A stretch of DNA of 52,389 bases from Thermodesulfobacteriota bacterium (GTDB taxonomy: Bacteria; Desulfobacterota; Desulfobacteria; Desulfobacterales; SURF-7), in the NCBI GenBank assembly GCA_049320885.1, contig JBMORA010000057.1:1-52389 (forward strand). The letters run 5' to 3'. A program made the position numbers and the translations under genes. Position 1 is the first letter of the stretch, and every line of letters starts with the position of its first letter. A model generated the notes under the pieces. That model was not told the DNA's origin, made no database searches, and saw only the letters and a program-made list of their open reading frames with translations. This document shows, piece after piece, positions 19,172-29,090 of this stretch.

Positions 19172-21403
19172 ATGAACATATCAAAACCAACGTTTTTTCA
19201 TACTCCAAAAAGTGTGCCCATTTACAACGATATCCGAATCACCGGGCCGGTCCTGCTTTTACTGATTTCATCCGCCGTCTTCCTGCTATACCTGCCGACC
19301 CTGGATTTCCCTTTCCAATTCGACGACAAACCCAATATCGTTCAAAACACCAATATTCGAATGCAACAGCTGGACTGGAATTCCCTGAAACAAATCGCCT
19401 ATAGCGTTTCAGGCCGCAACAGACCCTTTTCCATGTTCAGTTTTTCCCTGAACTATTATTTCGGCCGATACAACCCCTTCGGGTATCGGCTTGTGAATGT
19501 TATCATTCATATCCTTAACGGCATTTTATTATTTTATTTACTTAAATATACAATCGAACTTCGGCTGGCGGATTTTCATCCCCTTGGAAAGCCCAGTAAC
19601 AATCCCGGTGTATGGACCGGTAAGACAAGTAGCCCTTCTTTCCTGATACCGCTGGCTACGATCTCTATCTGGCTTTTTCACCCGCTGGCCACCAATTCCG
19701 TAACCTACATTGTTCAACGCATGAACAGCATGGCGGCTCTCTCTTTTCTATGTTCCCTGGTTTGCTATATCAAGGCCCGCAATCCGGCCCATGGAAGCGC
19801 TGCCCAGCTTTCGAAACGATCCGGAAGCAATACGAAAATCCAAGACGGTGTTGCCTCTAAACTCTGGTATGGCGCCAGTCTGGTATCCGGTTTTGCCGCG
19901 ATAACCAGCAAGGAAATCGCCATCACCCTTCCGTTGATGATCTTTTTTTACGAATGGTTTTTTTTCCAGGATCTTGATTCTCAATGGTTCCAAAAAAAAA
20001 TCTTTGCAGGTCTGACTATTTTCTCCCTGATTACCATCATATTCATACTCTGTTTCGGTTTCGGCAGACTGGTCGGCTATTTCGATCTGTATGACCAACT
20101 CGATTTTACCCTGTCGCAGCGCTTGATGACGGAATTTCGGGTGGTTTTGTATTACGTCAGCCTGGTGTTGTTTCCAGCTCCTTCGCGGTTGAACATCGAT
20201 CATGATATCATTCTATCTCAATCTCTTTTCAATCCATTGTCAACCACGGCAGCCCTGATCATCATTGTTGGCCTGTTGTTCCTTGCAATTCGCCTGGCGA
20301 AGCGCAATCGAATTTTATCCTACTGTATTTTTTGGTATTTTTGTAATCTTGCCGTCGAGTCCACGGTAATCCCATTGGATCTGATCTTCGAGCATCGAGT
20401 TTATCTGTCCTCCATGCTGCTCATTTTTATTTTTGCATTATTCCTGTTCCGTTGCTTTCGATCGGTTGCATGGCGACTGGTGGTTTTTTCCACCTGTATT
20501 TTGATTCTCGGAATCTGGACCCATGAACGCAACCAGGTCTGGAAAGACGCGATCAGCCTCTGGTCGGATTCGGCGGCTAAATCGCCAAACAAAAGCCGCC
20601 CCCATGTCAATCTCGGTGAGGCATACGCTGCCGCTGGAAATTTCCAGGCAGCGATTCACCAGTATCAAAAAGCCCTGGCGATCAACCCGTATTCGGATTA
20701 TACCCATTACAACATTGGTGCAGCCTATTACGCCCAGTATGACATCAAACAAGCCATCGAACATTTCCGGATGGCATTAAAAGCCAACCCCGACCTTGCC
20801 GAAGCCCACAACAATTTGGGAGTAGCCCTGATCGATCAGAAAAAAGTGGAGGAAGGCATCCATCATTATAAGGAAGCCCTGCGCTTGAAGCCGAATCATC
20901 CGGAAGCTCCGGATAATCTGCGAAAAGCACAGACCGGGCTTGATCAGATCAATGCCCGCATCTTGTCGCTGGAGAAACAGATAACCAAGGAGCCCGAAAA
21001 CGAAGAAATTCTCTACCGTCTCGGTTACCTGTATTATCGGAAAGGTCATTTCCAAACAGCCGAGACATTTTACCGGAAGGCCTTGTCTTTTCAAGATGGT
21101 TCCGTCAAAATTCTAAACGCACTGGCCATGTTGTATGCCGAAACCGAACGCGAACCGGAAGCGATCGCCCTGCTTGAACAAATCGCGGCCTTGGAACCGG
21201 GGAATCCCTCCGTTTCTTACAATCTGGCCTGCCTTTATGCCCGCGCGAATAAAAGCGAGCCCTCGATACGATGGCTCAGGAAAGCTATCGAACACGGCTA
21301 TAACAATTGGGAGTTAATCCAAAAAGACAGGGATCTGAACCGAATCAGGAATACGGCGGCCTATCGCGGCCTTTTTGAAACTGAAAAGGCGGAGGATCAA
21401 TGA
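19172..21403 (+). CDS. TMTC-like GT-C membrane glycosyltransferase with TPRs (paralog 3, divergent subtype)
   Basis: FDDKPNI, RPFSMFSF, FHPLATNSVTYIVQR, SKE, FEHRVYL, TPR array ending YNLACLYA...DRDLNRIR. Start ATG 19172 preferred over TTG 19121. Confidence 0.82.
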   Translation: MNISKPTFFHTPKSVPIYNDIRITGPVLLLLISSAVFLLYLPTLDFPFQFDDKPNIVQNTNIRMQQLDWNSLKQIAYSVSGRNRPFSMFSFSLNYYFGRYNPFGYRLVNVIIHILNGILLFYLLKYTIELRLADFHPLGKPSNNPGVWTGKTSSPSFLIPLATISIWLFHPLATNSVTYIVQRMNSMAALSFLCSLVCYIKARNPAHGSAAQLSKRSGSNTKIQDGVASKLWYGASLVSGFAAITSKEIAITLPLMIFFYEWFFFQDLDSQWFQKKIFAGLTIFSLITIIFILCFGFGRLVGYFDLYDQLDFTLSQRLMTEFRVVLYYVSLVLFPAPSRLNIDHDIILSQSLFNPLSTTAALIIIVGLLFLAIRLAKRNRILSYCIFWYFCNLAVESTVIPLDLIFEHRVYLSSMLLIFIFALFLFRCFRSVAWRLVVFSTCILILGIWTHERNQVWKDAISLWSDSAAKSPNKSRPHVNLGEAYAAAGNFQAAIHQYQKALAINPYSDYTHYNIGAAYYAQYDIKQAIEHFRMALKANPDLAEAHNNLGVALIDQKKVEEGIHHYKEALRLKPNHPEAPDNLRKAQTGLDQINARILSLEKQITKEPENEEILYRLGYLYYRKGHFQTAETFYRKALSFQDGSVKILNALAMLYAETEREPEAIALLEQIAALEPGNPSVSYNLACLYARANKSEPSIRWLRKAIEHGYNNWELIQKDRDLNRIRNTAAYRGLFETEKAEDQ

Positions 21404-24300
21404 AACGCCTTATCCCATTAATGTTGATATTGGCTTCGCTTCTTATTTATGGTCAAACACACAATTTCGATTTCATTAACCTGGATGATCATATTTTCGT
21501 AACGAAAAATGACACCGTCCAGAACGGGTTCACCTGGAAAGGCGTCTGGAAGATTTTTTCAAGACCTGATTATTTCGGCATGCAGCTCTCCTTTTTGTCT
21601 CACATGCTGGACTGTCATTTTTTCGGATTAAACGCTGGACATCATCACTTGACGAACGTATTTTTTCATATTCTGAATTCCCTGCTCTTGTTCCTTCTAT
21701 TACGCCGTATGACCGGCGCGCCATGGCGTAGCGGCGCTGTCGCGCTGATGTTCACAGTTCATCCGATCAATGTGGAATCCGTGGCCTGGATCGCCGAACG
21801 CCGGAATGTACTGAGCACTTTTTTCTGGTTTTTAGCCTTATTCTATTATGCCGGCTATGCAAAGCATAAAAAAATACTTCCGTATATTCTGGTATTGTTG
21901 AGTTTCATTTGCGGACTGCTGTCAAAGTCCATGCTGGTCACACTACCTTTTTTATTGCTGCTGCTCGACTATTGGCCTTTGGAACGCCTCTGCTTCGATG
22001 ACATCAGAATGTCTATTAAGACCCTGTGTCCAACAGTGGTTGTCCGTGCTTTATTGATAGAAAAAATACCATTGTTCATCATCAGCGGTTTGGCCTGTGT
22101 CTTGACGATTATCTCGGCTCAATCCGGAGGAGGAGAAAAGGGCATTGGGGGATTGGTTTCCCTGGAAAATCTTTCAGCAGATCAACGACTTTTGAATGCC
22201 TTGGTATCCTATTGTAAATATCTTGCCAAGACTTTTATGCCGGTGGATTTATCCCCCTATTATCCATTCCCCCCCTTCATTCCCGTATGGCAGGCAATCG
22301 CCGCTGGAACCATATTACTACTGATCACTCTTTTTTTCATGCGCCAGTTGAAAAGACGGCCCTGGCTACTGATCGGATGGTTCTGGTATATCGGCACCAT
22401 GATACCGGTAATTGGTTTTATTCAACTAGGAGTTTATGCAATGGCCGACCGGTATGCCTATGTCCCAGTGATAGGCATCTTTATCATCCTTGCATGGACG
22501 GCCGGGGAATTGTTCTCACTGTACGAGCGATTTCATAAAAGCCTGATCGCATCATTTCTGATGGGTTTCGCCTGTCTCATGGCCCTTGCCGGGATACAGA
22601 CCGCCCATTGGGAAAACAGCTCGGCGCTCTTCAAGCATGCACTTAAAGCCAGCGGAGATAACTATATAAGCCACAACAATCTTGGTCTGGCTCTATTACA
22701 CGAAGGACGACTTGACCAGGCCATGCATCATTTGGCACGAGCCATCGAAATGAATCCGTATGAAATTAAAGCCCGCAACAACATGGGGCTGGCCTTGCAG
22801 GCCGCCGGAAATACCCAGGAAGCCATTCGCCATTTTCAAACCGTCCTGCAAATGAAGCCGGATTCCGCTGATACGTATAATTACATGGGCGAAACATTGC
22901 GACTGGCCGGCAGGCCAGATGAAGCCTTGAAACCGTATGCCGCTGCGCTTCGTATCCGCCCGGAATCCGCGGATGTTCACAACAATATCGGTTTGGCATT
23001 AAAGGAACTGGGCCGAATCGACGAAGCCGTCGATCATTACAACAAGTCCATTTCCCTGAATCCCCGTTTTGCCATTGCCCATAACAACATCGGAATCGTA
23101 TTGAAAGAATCCGGAAAGACTTCCGAAGCCATTACCCATTACCGGAAGGCCCTGGAGCTGGATCCGGAAAACGCCACGGTTCACTATAACATCGCCATCG
23201 CCCTGCAAGACCAGGGAGATATCGATCAAGCCATCCATCATTATGAGGAGGCCATTCGTTTCAATCCCGAATCTCTCGAGGCTTATAACGCGCTGGGGTT
23301 GGCTGAAATGCGACGGGGACGGCTCGACGAAGCTGTTATCTGTTTTTCCAAGGCTCTTCAACTGAACAACCAGGATACCAGAATTTATAACAATCTGGGG
23401 CTTGTTTTTCAGTCAAAAGGCAATTACCCGGAAGCCATCAGGCATTTTACCACAGCGGTTTCTTTGGAACCCAATTCCATCGAGGCCCATAACAATTTAG
23501 GCGGTGTTCTGATCAAAGTCGGTCGAAAATCCGAGGCCATCGAGCATTACGAAGCTGCGCTTCAAATCAACCCGGAAGACGCCGATGTTCACAACAACCT
23601 CGGACTGGCGCTGAAAACCGCGGGTCAACTGTCCCAAGCCGTTTTCCATTTCCGAAAAGCCCTTTCCATCAGAACCCAGAAAGCATCCGATTTGCAAAAA
23701 CTAGCGGAAGCCCATAACAACCTCGGAGTCGCCTTGATTGATATCAAACAACTGGAAGAAGGAATCGAACAGTATCAACAAGCAATCAATCAAATGCCCG
23801 ATTATCCCGAAGCCCGGAGCAACTTGCAAAAGGCCTTGACAGGTCTCCAACAAATCGAAAGCCGGATATCCGCTCTCGAGAAGGGAATCTCCACCCCTCC
23901 TGATGAACCGGAAAAGTTGATGCAATTGGGGTATCTGTATTATCGCAAAGGCCGGTTTCAGAAAGCCGAAAGCCTATATCGTCAGACGATAAGGTTGCGC
24001 CCGAATTTCATTGAAGCCTTGCAGGCCTTATCGGTTTTATATGCGGAAACTGGGAGGGAAAAAGAATCCATCCTCCTGCTTCACAAAATAGCAGCCATGC
24101 AGCCGTCCAATGCCGGAACCTCTTACAACCTGGCATGCATGTACGCAAGAATGGGAAACCCGGACGAATCCATTGTCTGGCTGCAAAAAGCCCTTGAGAA
24201 CGGATATGACAACTGGCAACTACTGCAGTTTGATACGGATCTCGACCGAATCCGGGACACAGCCGCCTTTCGCGATATACTGCAAAAGTCGCCGAAATAG
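21400..24300 (+). CDS. TMTC-like GT-C membrane glycosyltransferase with long TPR array (paralog 4)
   Basis: LDDHIFV, HPINVESVAWIAERRN, MADRYAYVP; more than ten TPRs (HNNLG/HNNIG repeats); C-terminal YNLACMYA...DTDLDRIR cap. Confidence 0.85.
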   Translation: MKRLIPLMLILASLLIYGQTHNFDFINLDDHIFVTKNDTVQNGFTWKGVWKIFSRPDYFGMQLSFLSHMLDCHFFGLNAGHHHLTNVFFHILNSLLLFLLLRRMTGAPWRSGAVALMFTVHPINVESVAWIAERRNVLSTFFWFLALFYYAGYAKHKKILPYILVLLSFICGLLSKSMLVTLPFLLLLLDYWPLERLCFDDIRMSIKTLCPTVVVRALLIEKIPLFIISGLACVLTIISAQSGGGEKGIGGLVSLENLSADQRLLNALVSYCKYLAKTFMPVDLSPYYPFPPFIPVWQAIAAGTILLLITLFFMRQLKRRPWLLIGWFWYIGTMIPVIGFIQLGVYAMADRYAYVPVIGIFIILAWTAGELFSLYERFHKSLIASFLMGFACLMALAGIQTAHWENSSALFKHALKASGDNYISHNNLGLALLHEGRLDQAMHHLARAIEMNPYEIKARNNMGLALQAAGNTQEAIRHFQTVLQMKPDSADTYNYMGETLRLAGRPDEALKPYAAALRIRPESADVHNNIGLALKELGRIDEAVDHYNKSISLNPRFAIAHNNIGIVLKESGKTSEAITHYRKALELDPENATVHYNIAIALQDQGDIDQAIHHYEEAIRFNPESLEAYNALGLAEMRRGRLDEAVICFSKALQLNNQDTRIYNNLGLVFQSKGNYPEAIRHFTTAVSLEPNSIEAHNNLGGVLIKVGRKSEAIEHYEAALQINPEDADVHNNLGLALKTAGQLSQAVFHFRKALSIRTQKASDLQKLAEAHNNLGVALIDIKQLEEGIEQYQQAINQMPDYPEARSNLQKALTGLQQIESRISALEKGISTPPDEPEKLMQLGYLYYRKGRFQKAESLYRQTIRLRPNFIEALQALSVLYAETGREKESILLLHKIAAMQPSNAGTSYNLACMYARMGNPDESIVWLQKALENGYDNWQLLQFDTDLDRIRDTAAFRDILQKSPK

Positions 24301-24336
24301 TATCAATTTGTTACACTATAAAAATGGAGCCATACC

Positions 24337-27300
24337 TTGAACGACACAACAATTCAGAAATCGACCAATGATGCTGGGCAATCAAGCGCCTGTCTTTTCA
24401 CATTGATTCTCAGTTGTTTTTTTATTTCCGGTTTGACCGGTCTGATCTATCAAATTCTCTGGACCCGCATGATCGTCAAGGTGATCGGAGCGGCTCCTTT
24501 TGCCGTCAGCATTGTGCTGACTGTCTTTATGGGCGGACTCGGATTGGGAAGCTATCTGGCCGGTAGATGGATCGACCGCGTACAACAACCGCTGCAGCTC
24601 GTGCGTATTTACGGTCTTCTCGAAATCGGCATCGGTGCATATGGCCTTGCCCTCCCATTGCTGCTGTGGGCTTTCAGACCCCTCTACTCCCTGGTTTACA
24701 ATCATCTGTTTCATCATTTTTTAATTTACAACCTCACAACCTTCCTCGGCTGCTCGCTGCTGCTGATTCTACCGGTCACCCTCATGGGTGCCACATTACC
24801 TGTATTAAGCCGGTTTTTTGTGACAAGTCTTTCGCTTATTGGAACCCATATCGGCCGATTGTATGGACTCAACACCATTGGAGCCGCTGCGGGCTCACTG
24901 CTGTGCGGATTCTTGCTGATCAATTATCTTGGAGTCCATGGTTCGCTTTTTTTCGCCGTGATTCTGAACGCCTTGATCGGCGTTATCTGTATGATTGCCA
25001 GCCGAAGATGGGCAAACATATTTCACTCCCCTGTTCTCGACGGAAATCAAGCAGAGGACCCGGAAGAAAAACGAGCTATGATTGTCGGGACCGGAGAACC
25101 GGTCTGGCATGCCCTCTCCATTTTTGCGATATCCGGATTTTGCGCCATGGCGTATGAGGTAATTTGGGTAAAACTTCTGGGCCTGCTTGTGGGGCCGACC
25201 ACCTATTCTTTTACCATCGTGCTGGTAACCTTCATCACCGGGCTTGCATTGGGAAGCATATTCTTCGGATGGCTCTCCGACAGGATCCATCATCCTACTT
25301 TCCTACTGTTGATAACTCAGATTATCGCAGGATTATCAGCCCTGGCAGTCAGTCAGCTTATCGGCGACAGCCAGATTTTCTTTTCAAAATTGATTCAACA
25401 TTTTCAAAACAGTTTTACACAACTGATTCTTGCCCAATCCTTCGTATTGTTCTGCTTCATGTTTTTACCCACGTTTTGTCTTGGGGCCACATTTCCACTG
25501 GTGGGTAAAATTTATACCCGCTCTTTGCAGCAAACCGGGAAATCCATCGGATATGCCTATGCCGTTAATACCATCGGAGCCGTTCTGGGGTCCTTTTGCG
25601 CAGGATTTATCCTGATCCCTTTCATCGGCAAAGAACTGAGCATCCGGGTTGTCACCGGTTTACAGGTTATCAGCGCCCTGTCAATCTGGTTACTTCTGGC
25701 CGCCCGGAAAGGCAGAAAACGTCTCATCTTTTTTCCGGCAACCGCTTTAGTAATCACAATCACCTGCATCGCGATATTTCATTATCCGAATTGGAATCGA
25801 CTGATGCTGGCAAAGGGGAAATATCACCGCTTTGAACAGTTGAAAAATCATCATCTCGGATGGATGGAGTCATTGCTTTCCGGTATGAAAATCCATGCAA
25901 AAGATGAAGACGCTGAACTTGCTTTTTACGCGGATGGAATTGGAGGCTTCACTTCCGTCCTAGCAATAAAACCCGATGTTTTCGGCCGCCAACATTATGC
26001 TCTTTTGAACAGTGGTAAAGCGGATGCCTCCAGTCAGAAAGGAGACATGGGGACACAAACGTTGCTCGCCCATTTCCCCATGCTCTTTCATCCCCGGCCC
26101 GAAACTGTCCTTGTGCTTGGTTTCGCAAGCGGAATAACAGCGGGTGAGGCCCTGCATTATCCCATCCGCCGACTGGATGCGGTGGAAATCAACCAGCAGG
26201 TTGTCAGGGCAAGTGAGTTTTTTCGTCCATGGAACAACAAGGTGCTGGACGATCCAAAGACGGAATTGATCATCCAGGACGGTCGAGCCCATTTGGAGTT
26301 GACCGACCGTACTTATGATATCATCATTTCCGAGCCTTCCAATCCCTGGATGGCCGGACTCGCTACATTGTTCACAAGAGAATTTATGACTCTAGCCAAA
26401 GAAAGATTAAACAAAAATGGTGTTTTTGTTCAGTGGATTCATTCCTATCAAATGAATTGGGATACATTTTCCATGGTAGGCCGGACGTTTTCAAGCGTTT
26501 TCCCGAATGGAATGCTCGTGAGCACCAACCCGCTGAGTCCCAATCACGGCCCGGATTTTTTACTTATCGGTTTCCAGAACGAGCACCCCATGGATATCGG
26601 CATCGCCGCGGTCAATTTGCCTTACGCCCAAAAATCCATCAATATGAAATTGCCGAATCCGCAAATACTATATAATCTCGTTGTCAGTGAAAACCTGGAA
26701 ATACTATTCCAGTATGGTCCGATCAATACGGACAACCATCCATACCTGGAATACGCGGCGCCGAAGTTGTTGCATTACACGAAATCAGCGGATGAAATCG
26801 CCGCCAGGTTAACCGCAAATGCTTGGCTCAGTTCATCGACAATAGCGGCCATTCACAACAATCACACATCCATGGATCGCTTGATCGACTGGGAATTTTT
26901 TCGATTCTCTTTCAATCAGCATGGAAAGCAGACTCTGGATTTGTCCAAGGCCGATCCGGTTCAGGCCGAGCGATATCGTCAGCTTCTTCATGGTTACTGT
27001 TCCGAAACGCCATTATATGATTTTTCCTTTATTACTGATGCCAAATTAAAAAGCGAGTGCATCGCATCCAATCTGAACAGTCTGAGCCGTCATCTTGAAT
27101 CCATGGCGGACAAGGCGGAACACTATTACTACATGGGGTGGTTATGTAATAGCAACCACCTGCCTTACGACGCAGCGAACTTCTTCATCAAGGCCCTCGA
27201 AGAGAATCCCAGGGAAGCCAAAGTTAACGACGCCCTGAAAAAGCTATGCCAGACCAAGGATGCTCGTATTTTATATCCCATGCTTCAAAAAGCGCTTGCC

Positions 27301-27717
27301 GCCCAGACACATAATCCGGCCTTTTACTACCATGTCGGAATTCTATTCCTGCGGTTCGGACAAACCGAAGCGGCCGGAAATCATTTTTCAAGAGCCGTGG
27401 AATTGGATTCGGGCTTCCTGCCGGCATTGAATCAGCTTGCGACCTTGCACCTGGCGGCAGGCGACTATACCCGGGCGATTGCCTATTACCAGAAAATGAT
27501 CGATCTGAAACCGCGTCTCTCACCCTTATATTACAATATCGCCTGTTTGTATGCCAGACAGAATAAAAACATGGAATCACTGGAGTGGCTGGAAAAGGCA
27601 TTTAACAATGGTTATACCAACTGGAACCTGGTCCGGACAGATACAGATCTGGCAAAACTGCGGCTGACCGAAGCATACCGGGAATTCATGCACCGCAATG
27701 GACAGGGCGACGGCTGA
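24337..27717 (+). CDS. Fused MFS-like membrane / spermidine-synthase-like SAM-fold protein with C-terminal TPRs
   Basis: Two membrane repeats (SGLTGLIYQILW..FMGGLGLGS; SGFCAMAYEVIW..), VLVLGFASGIT, VEIN, DGR, DIIISEPSNPW, then TPRs with a YNIACLYA cap; TTG start with GGAG upstream. Confidence 0.85.
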   Translation: MNDTTIQKSTNDAGQSSACLFTLILSCFFISGLTGLIYQILWTRMIVKVIGAAPFAVSIVLTVFMGGLGLGSYLAGRWIDRVQQPLQLVRIYGLLEIGIGAYGLALPLLLWAFRPLYSLVYNHLFHHFLIYNLTTFLGCSLLLILPVTLMGATLPVLSRFFVTSLSLIGTHIGRLYGLNTIGAAAGSLLCGFLLINYLGVHGSLFFAVILNALIGVICMIASRRWANIFHSPVLDGNQAEDPEEKRAMIVGTGEPVWHALSIFAISGFCAMAYEVIWVKLLGLLVGPTTYSFTIVLVTFITGLALGSIFFGWLSDRIHHPTFLLLITQIIAGLSALAVSQLIGDSQIFFSKLIQHFQNSFTQLILAQSFVLFCFMFLPTFCLGATFPLVGKIYTRSLQQTGKSIGYAYAVNTIGAVLGSFCAGFILIPFIGKELSIRVVTGLQVISALSIWLLLAARKGRKRLIFFPATALVITITCIAIFHYPNWNRLMLAKGKYHRFEQLKNHHLGWMESLLSGMKIHAKDEDAELAFYADGIGGFTSVLAIKPDVFGRQHYALLNSGKADASSQKGDMGTQTLLAHFPMLFHPRPETVLVLGFASGITAGEALHYPIRRLDAVEINQQVVRASEFFRPWNNKVLDDPKTELIIQDGRAHLELTDRTYDIIISEPSNPWMAGLATLFTREFMTLAKERLNKNGVFVQWIHSYQMNWDTFSMVGRTFSSVFPNGMLVSTNPLSPNHGPDFLLIGFQNEHPMDIGIAAVNLPYAQKSINMKLPNPQILYNLVVSENLEILFQYGPINTDNHPYLEYAAPKLLHYTKSADEIAARLTANAWLSSSTIAAIHNNHTSMDRLIDWEFFRFSFNQHGKQTLDLSKADPVQAERYRQLLHGYCSETPLYDFSFITDAKLKSECIASNLNSLSRHLESMADKAEHYYYMGWLCNSNHLPYDAANFFIKALEENPREAKVNDALKKLCQTKDARILYPMLQKALAAQTHNPAFYYHVGILFLRFGQTEAAGNHFSRAVELDSGFLPALNQLATLHLAAGDYTRAIAYYQKMIDLKPRLSPLYYNIACLYARQNKNMESLEWLEKAFNNGYTNWNLVRTDTDLAKLRLTEAYREFMHRNGQGDG

Positions 27718-27850
27718 AACAACAGTCGGAGCGCCACCAGGCACGCCCCCCAATTCTTTTATTATAGCATAAATTTCAATATGTTATCATAGTTCCTGCT
27801 GACACTTTTTAAGAATTATAAAGCTGTTTGGTATTTTATGATTTTTTTTC

Positions 27851-27879
27851 TTGACAAACCATATTTCAGGCTGTATAAC
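27851..27879 (+). promoter_or_regulatory. Putative sigma70 promoter of the filament locus
   Basis: TTGACA-17 bp-TATAAC in an AT-rich intergenic region. Confidence 0.65.
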
Positions 27880-27893
27880 TCATCTCAACAATG

Positions 27894-27906
27894 TGAACGA
27901 TGTTTA
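27894..27906. promoter_or_regulatory. Palindromic operator-like site, copy 1 (TGAACGATGTTTA)
   Basis: Two mismatches to the TAAACA-N-TGTTTA palindrome found at 29884 and 32243. Confidence 0.5.
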
Positions 27907-27952
27907 CGAGGTTTACGCAAGTTTAAGATTACAATCGACTGTAAAATTTTAC

Positions 27953-27981
27953 TTGATTTTTTCAAAAAACCATGCTAAACA
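27953..27981 (+). promoter_or_regulatory. Second putative sigma70 promoter
   Basis: TTGATT-17 bp-TAAACA with TG extended -10. Confidence 0.35.
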
Positions 27982-28160
27982 GAGTTCACCAAGCTCAATC
28001 GAGTTTCATATCAAGTACCTCGATTGAGAAACTGTACAAGGGCTTTATCATTATTAAGGTCTTTAATTTAGAAAAGGAGGTGATCGAAACTTAATAAAAG
28101 AGAGCGTTGATAGAATACGAAAACCCTTTTATTGATGTTTTTGCAACACCTTTTCAACCG

Positions 28161-28246
28161 TACCATAGTAAGAGCCAAACCACGGGTAACCGTGGGACGG
28201 AAAGCCGCGAGTCCACATGGGGTGGATAGTCGGGCTGCCTGTGGTA
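28161..28246 (+). ncRNA. c-di-GMP-I (GEMM-I) riboswitch aptamer
   Basis: P1 TACCATAG/CTGTGGTA; GCCAAAC; P2 CCACGG-GTAA-CCGTGG with GNRA loop; GACGGAAAG; P3 with TCCAC/GTGGA; GGGCTGCC end. Ends 36 nt upstream of the first filA-like start. Confidence 0.92.
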
Positions 28247-28282
28247 AGATAACCAACATCTTACTTTCAGGAGGAAAGACAA

Positions 28283-28927
28283 ATGAAAAAACTGGCAATT
28301 ATCCTGGCAATCATGATGATCCCCTTTAGCGCTTTCGCACTGGACACCATTTCAGACGCCGATCTGAATGACCTTACCGGTCAGGCTGGTGTGAGCATCT
28401 TCCTCAACACCATCCGCATTGAAAAATCAGTTTGGTACTCCGGATACGGCGATGAAGGCGAAACCGCTTTCGGCGCCAACACCAACTGGTTGCTCACCAG
28501 AACCGATGGCCAGACCCAGGAAATCTCCTTCCTCGGCTCCAGAACCCTGGACATCGACATCGTCTCCCGTACTGAGTTCACCAATGCGGTGGCCCTGGGT
28601 GCAGTTCCCGGCGTTCTTAATGCTGACGCGGCTCGTTTCGGCGGCCTGGAAATGTCCGCTCTGAACGAAAGCCACACCGCGGTATCCGACAGCGTCTCCG
28701 ACGTTGCGGTGGTCATCAGCTTGCCCAATGGAATTCAGATTGCCAACTTCGGCACCCACAAGACCATCATGCTGGGCCAGGCTTCCAATGCCACCCTGCA
28801 ACCTGAAACGGTTGTGAATGATGTTCTGATCAGAACCTACAGCGGCGGCGGCACCACCACCATCACCGGCGCTGGCGGAGCTGCGGCAGCCAACAACGTC
28901 CACATCGGCATCATGGCTCACGACTAA
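28283..28927 (+). CDS. Secreted FilA/DUF6160-like protein, candidate major filament subunit
   Basis: AGGAGG RBS; Sec signal MKKLAIILAIMMIPFSAFA; then LDTISDADLNDLTGQAGVSI motif; own riboswitch and terminator. Confidence 0.75.
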   Translation: MKKLAIILAIMMIPFSAFALDTISDADLNDLTGQAGVSIFLNTIRIEKSVWYSGYGDEGETAFGANTNWLLTRTDGQTQEISFLGSRTLDIDIVSRTEFTNAVALGAVPGVLNADAARFGGLEMSALNESHTAVSDSVSDVAVVISLPNGIQIANFGTHKTIMLGQASNATLQPETVVNDVLIRTYSGGGTTTITGAGGAAAANNVHIGIMAHD

Positions 28928-28968
28928 TCGACTCGCCACTGGCGGATTGTTTAGCGCAAGCGTAATTC

Positions 28969-29000
28969 AAAAGGTGGCGGGGCAACCCGCCACCTTTTTT
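28969..29000 (+). terminator. Intrinsic terminator
   Basis: AAAAGGTGGCGGG-GCAA-CCCGCCACCTTTTTT. Confidence 0.9.
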
Positions 29001-29090
29001 CTTTTCAAAACATGTTTTTTGAAGTAACGGTTAGACGGAACCTTTCGGCCGACCGGATGCCAACCGCACCCAGTCAGGTGGGATCTGCCA

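Noticed and set aside
24337..27717. speE (spermidine synthase)
   Set aside because: Lacks the GGGDG and DxxD motifs; it is the membrane-fused family of unknown activity.
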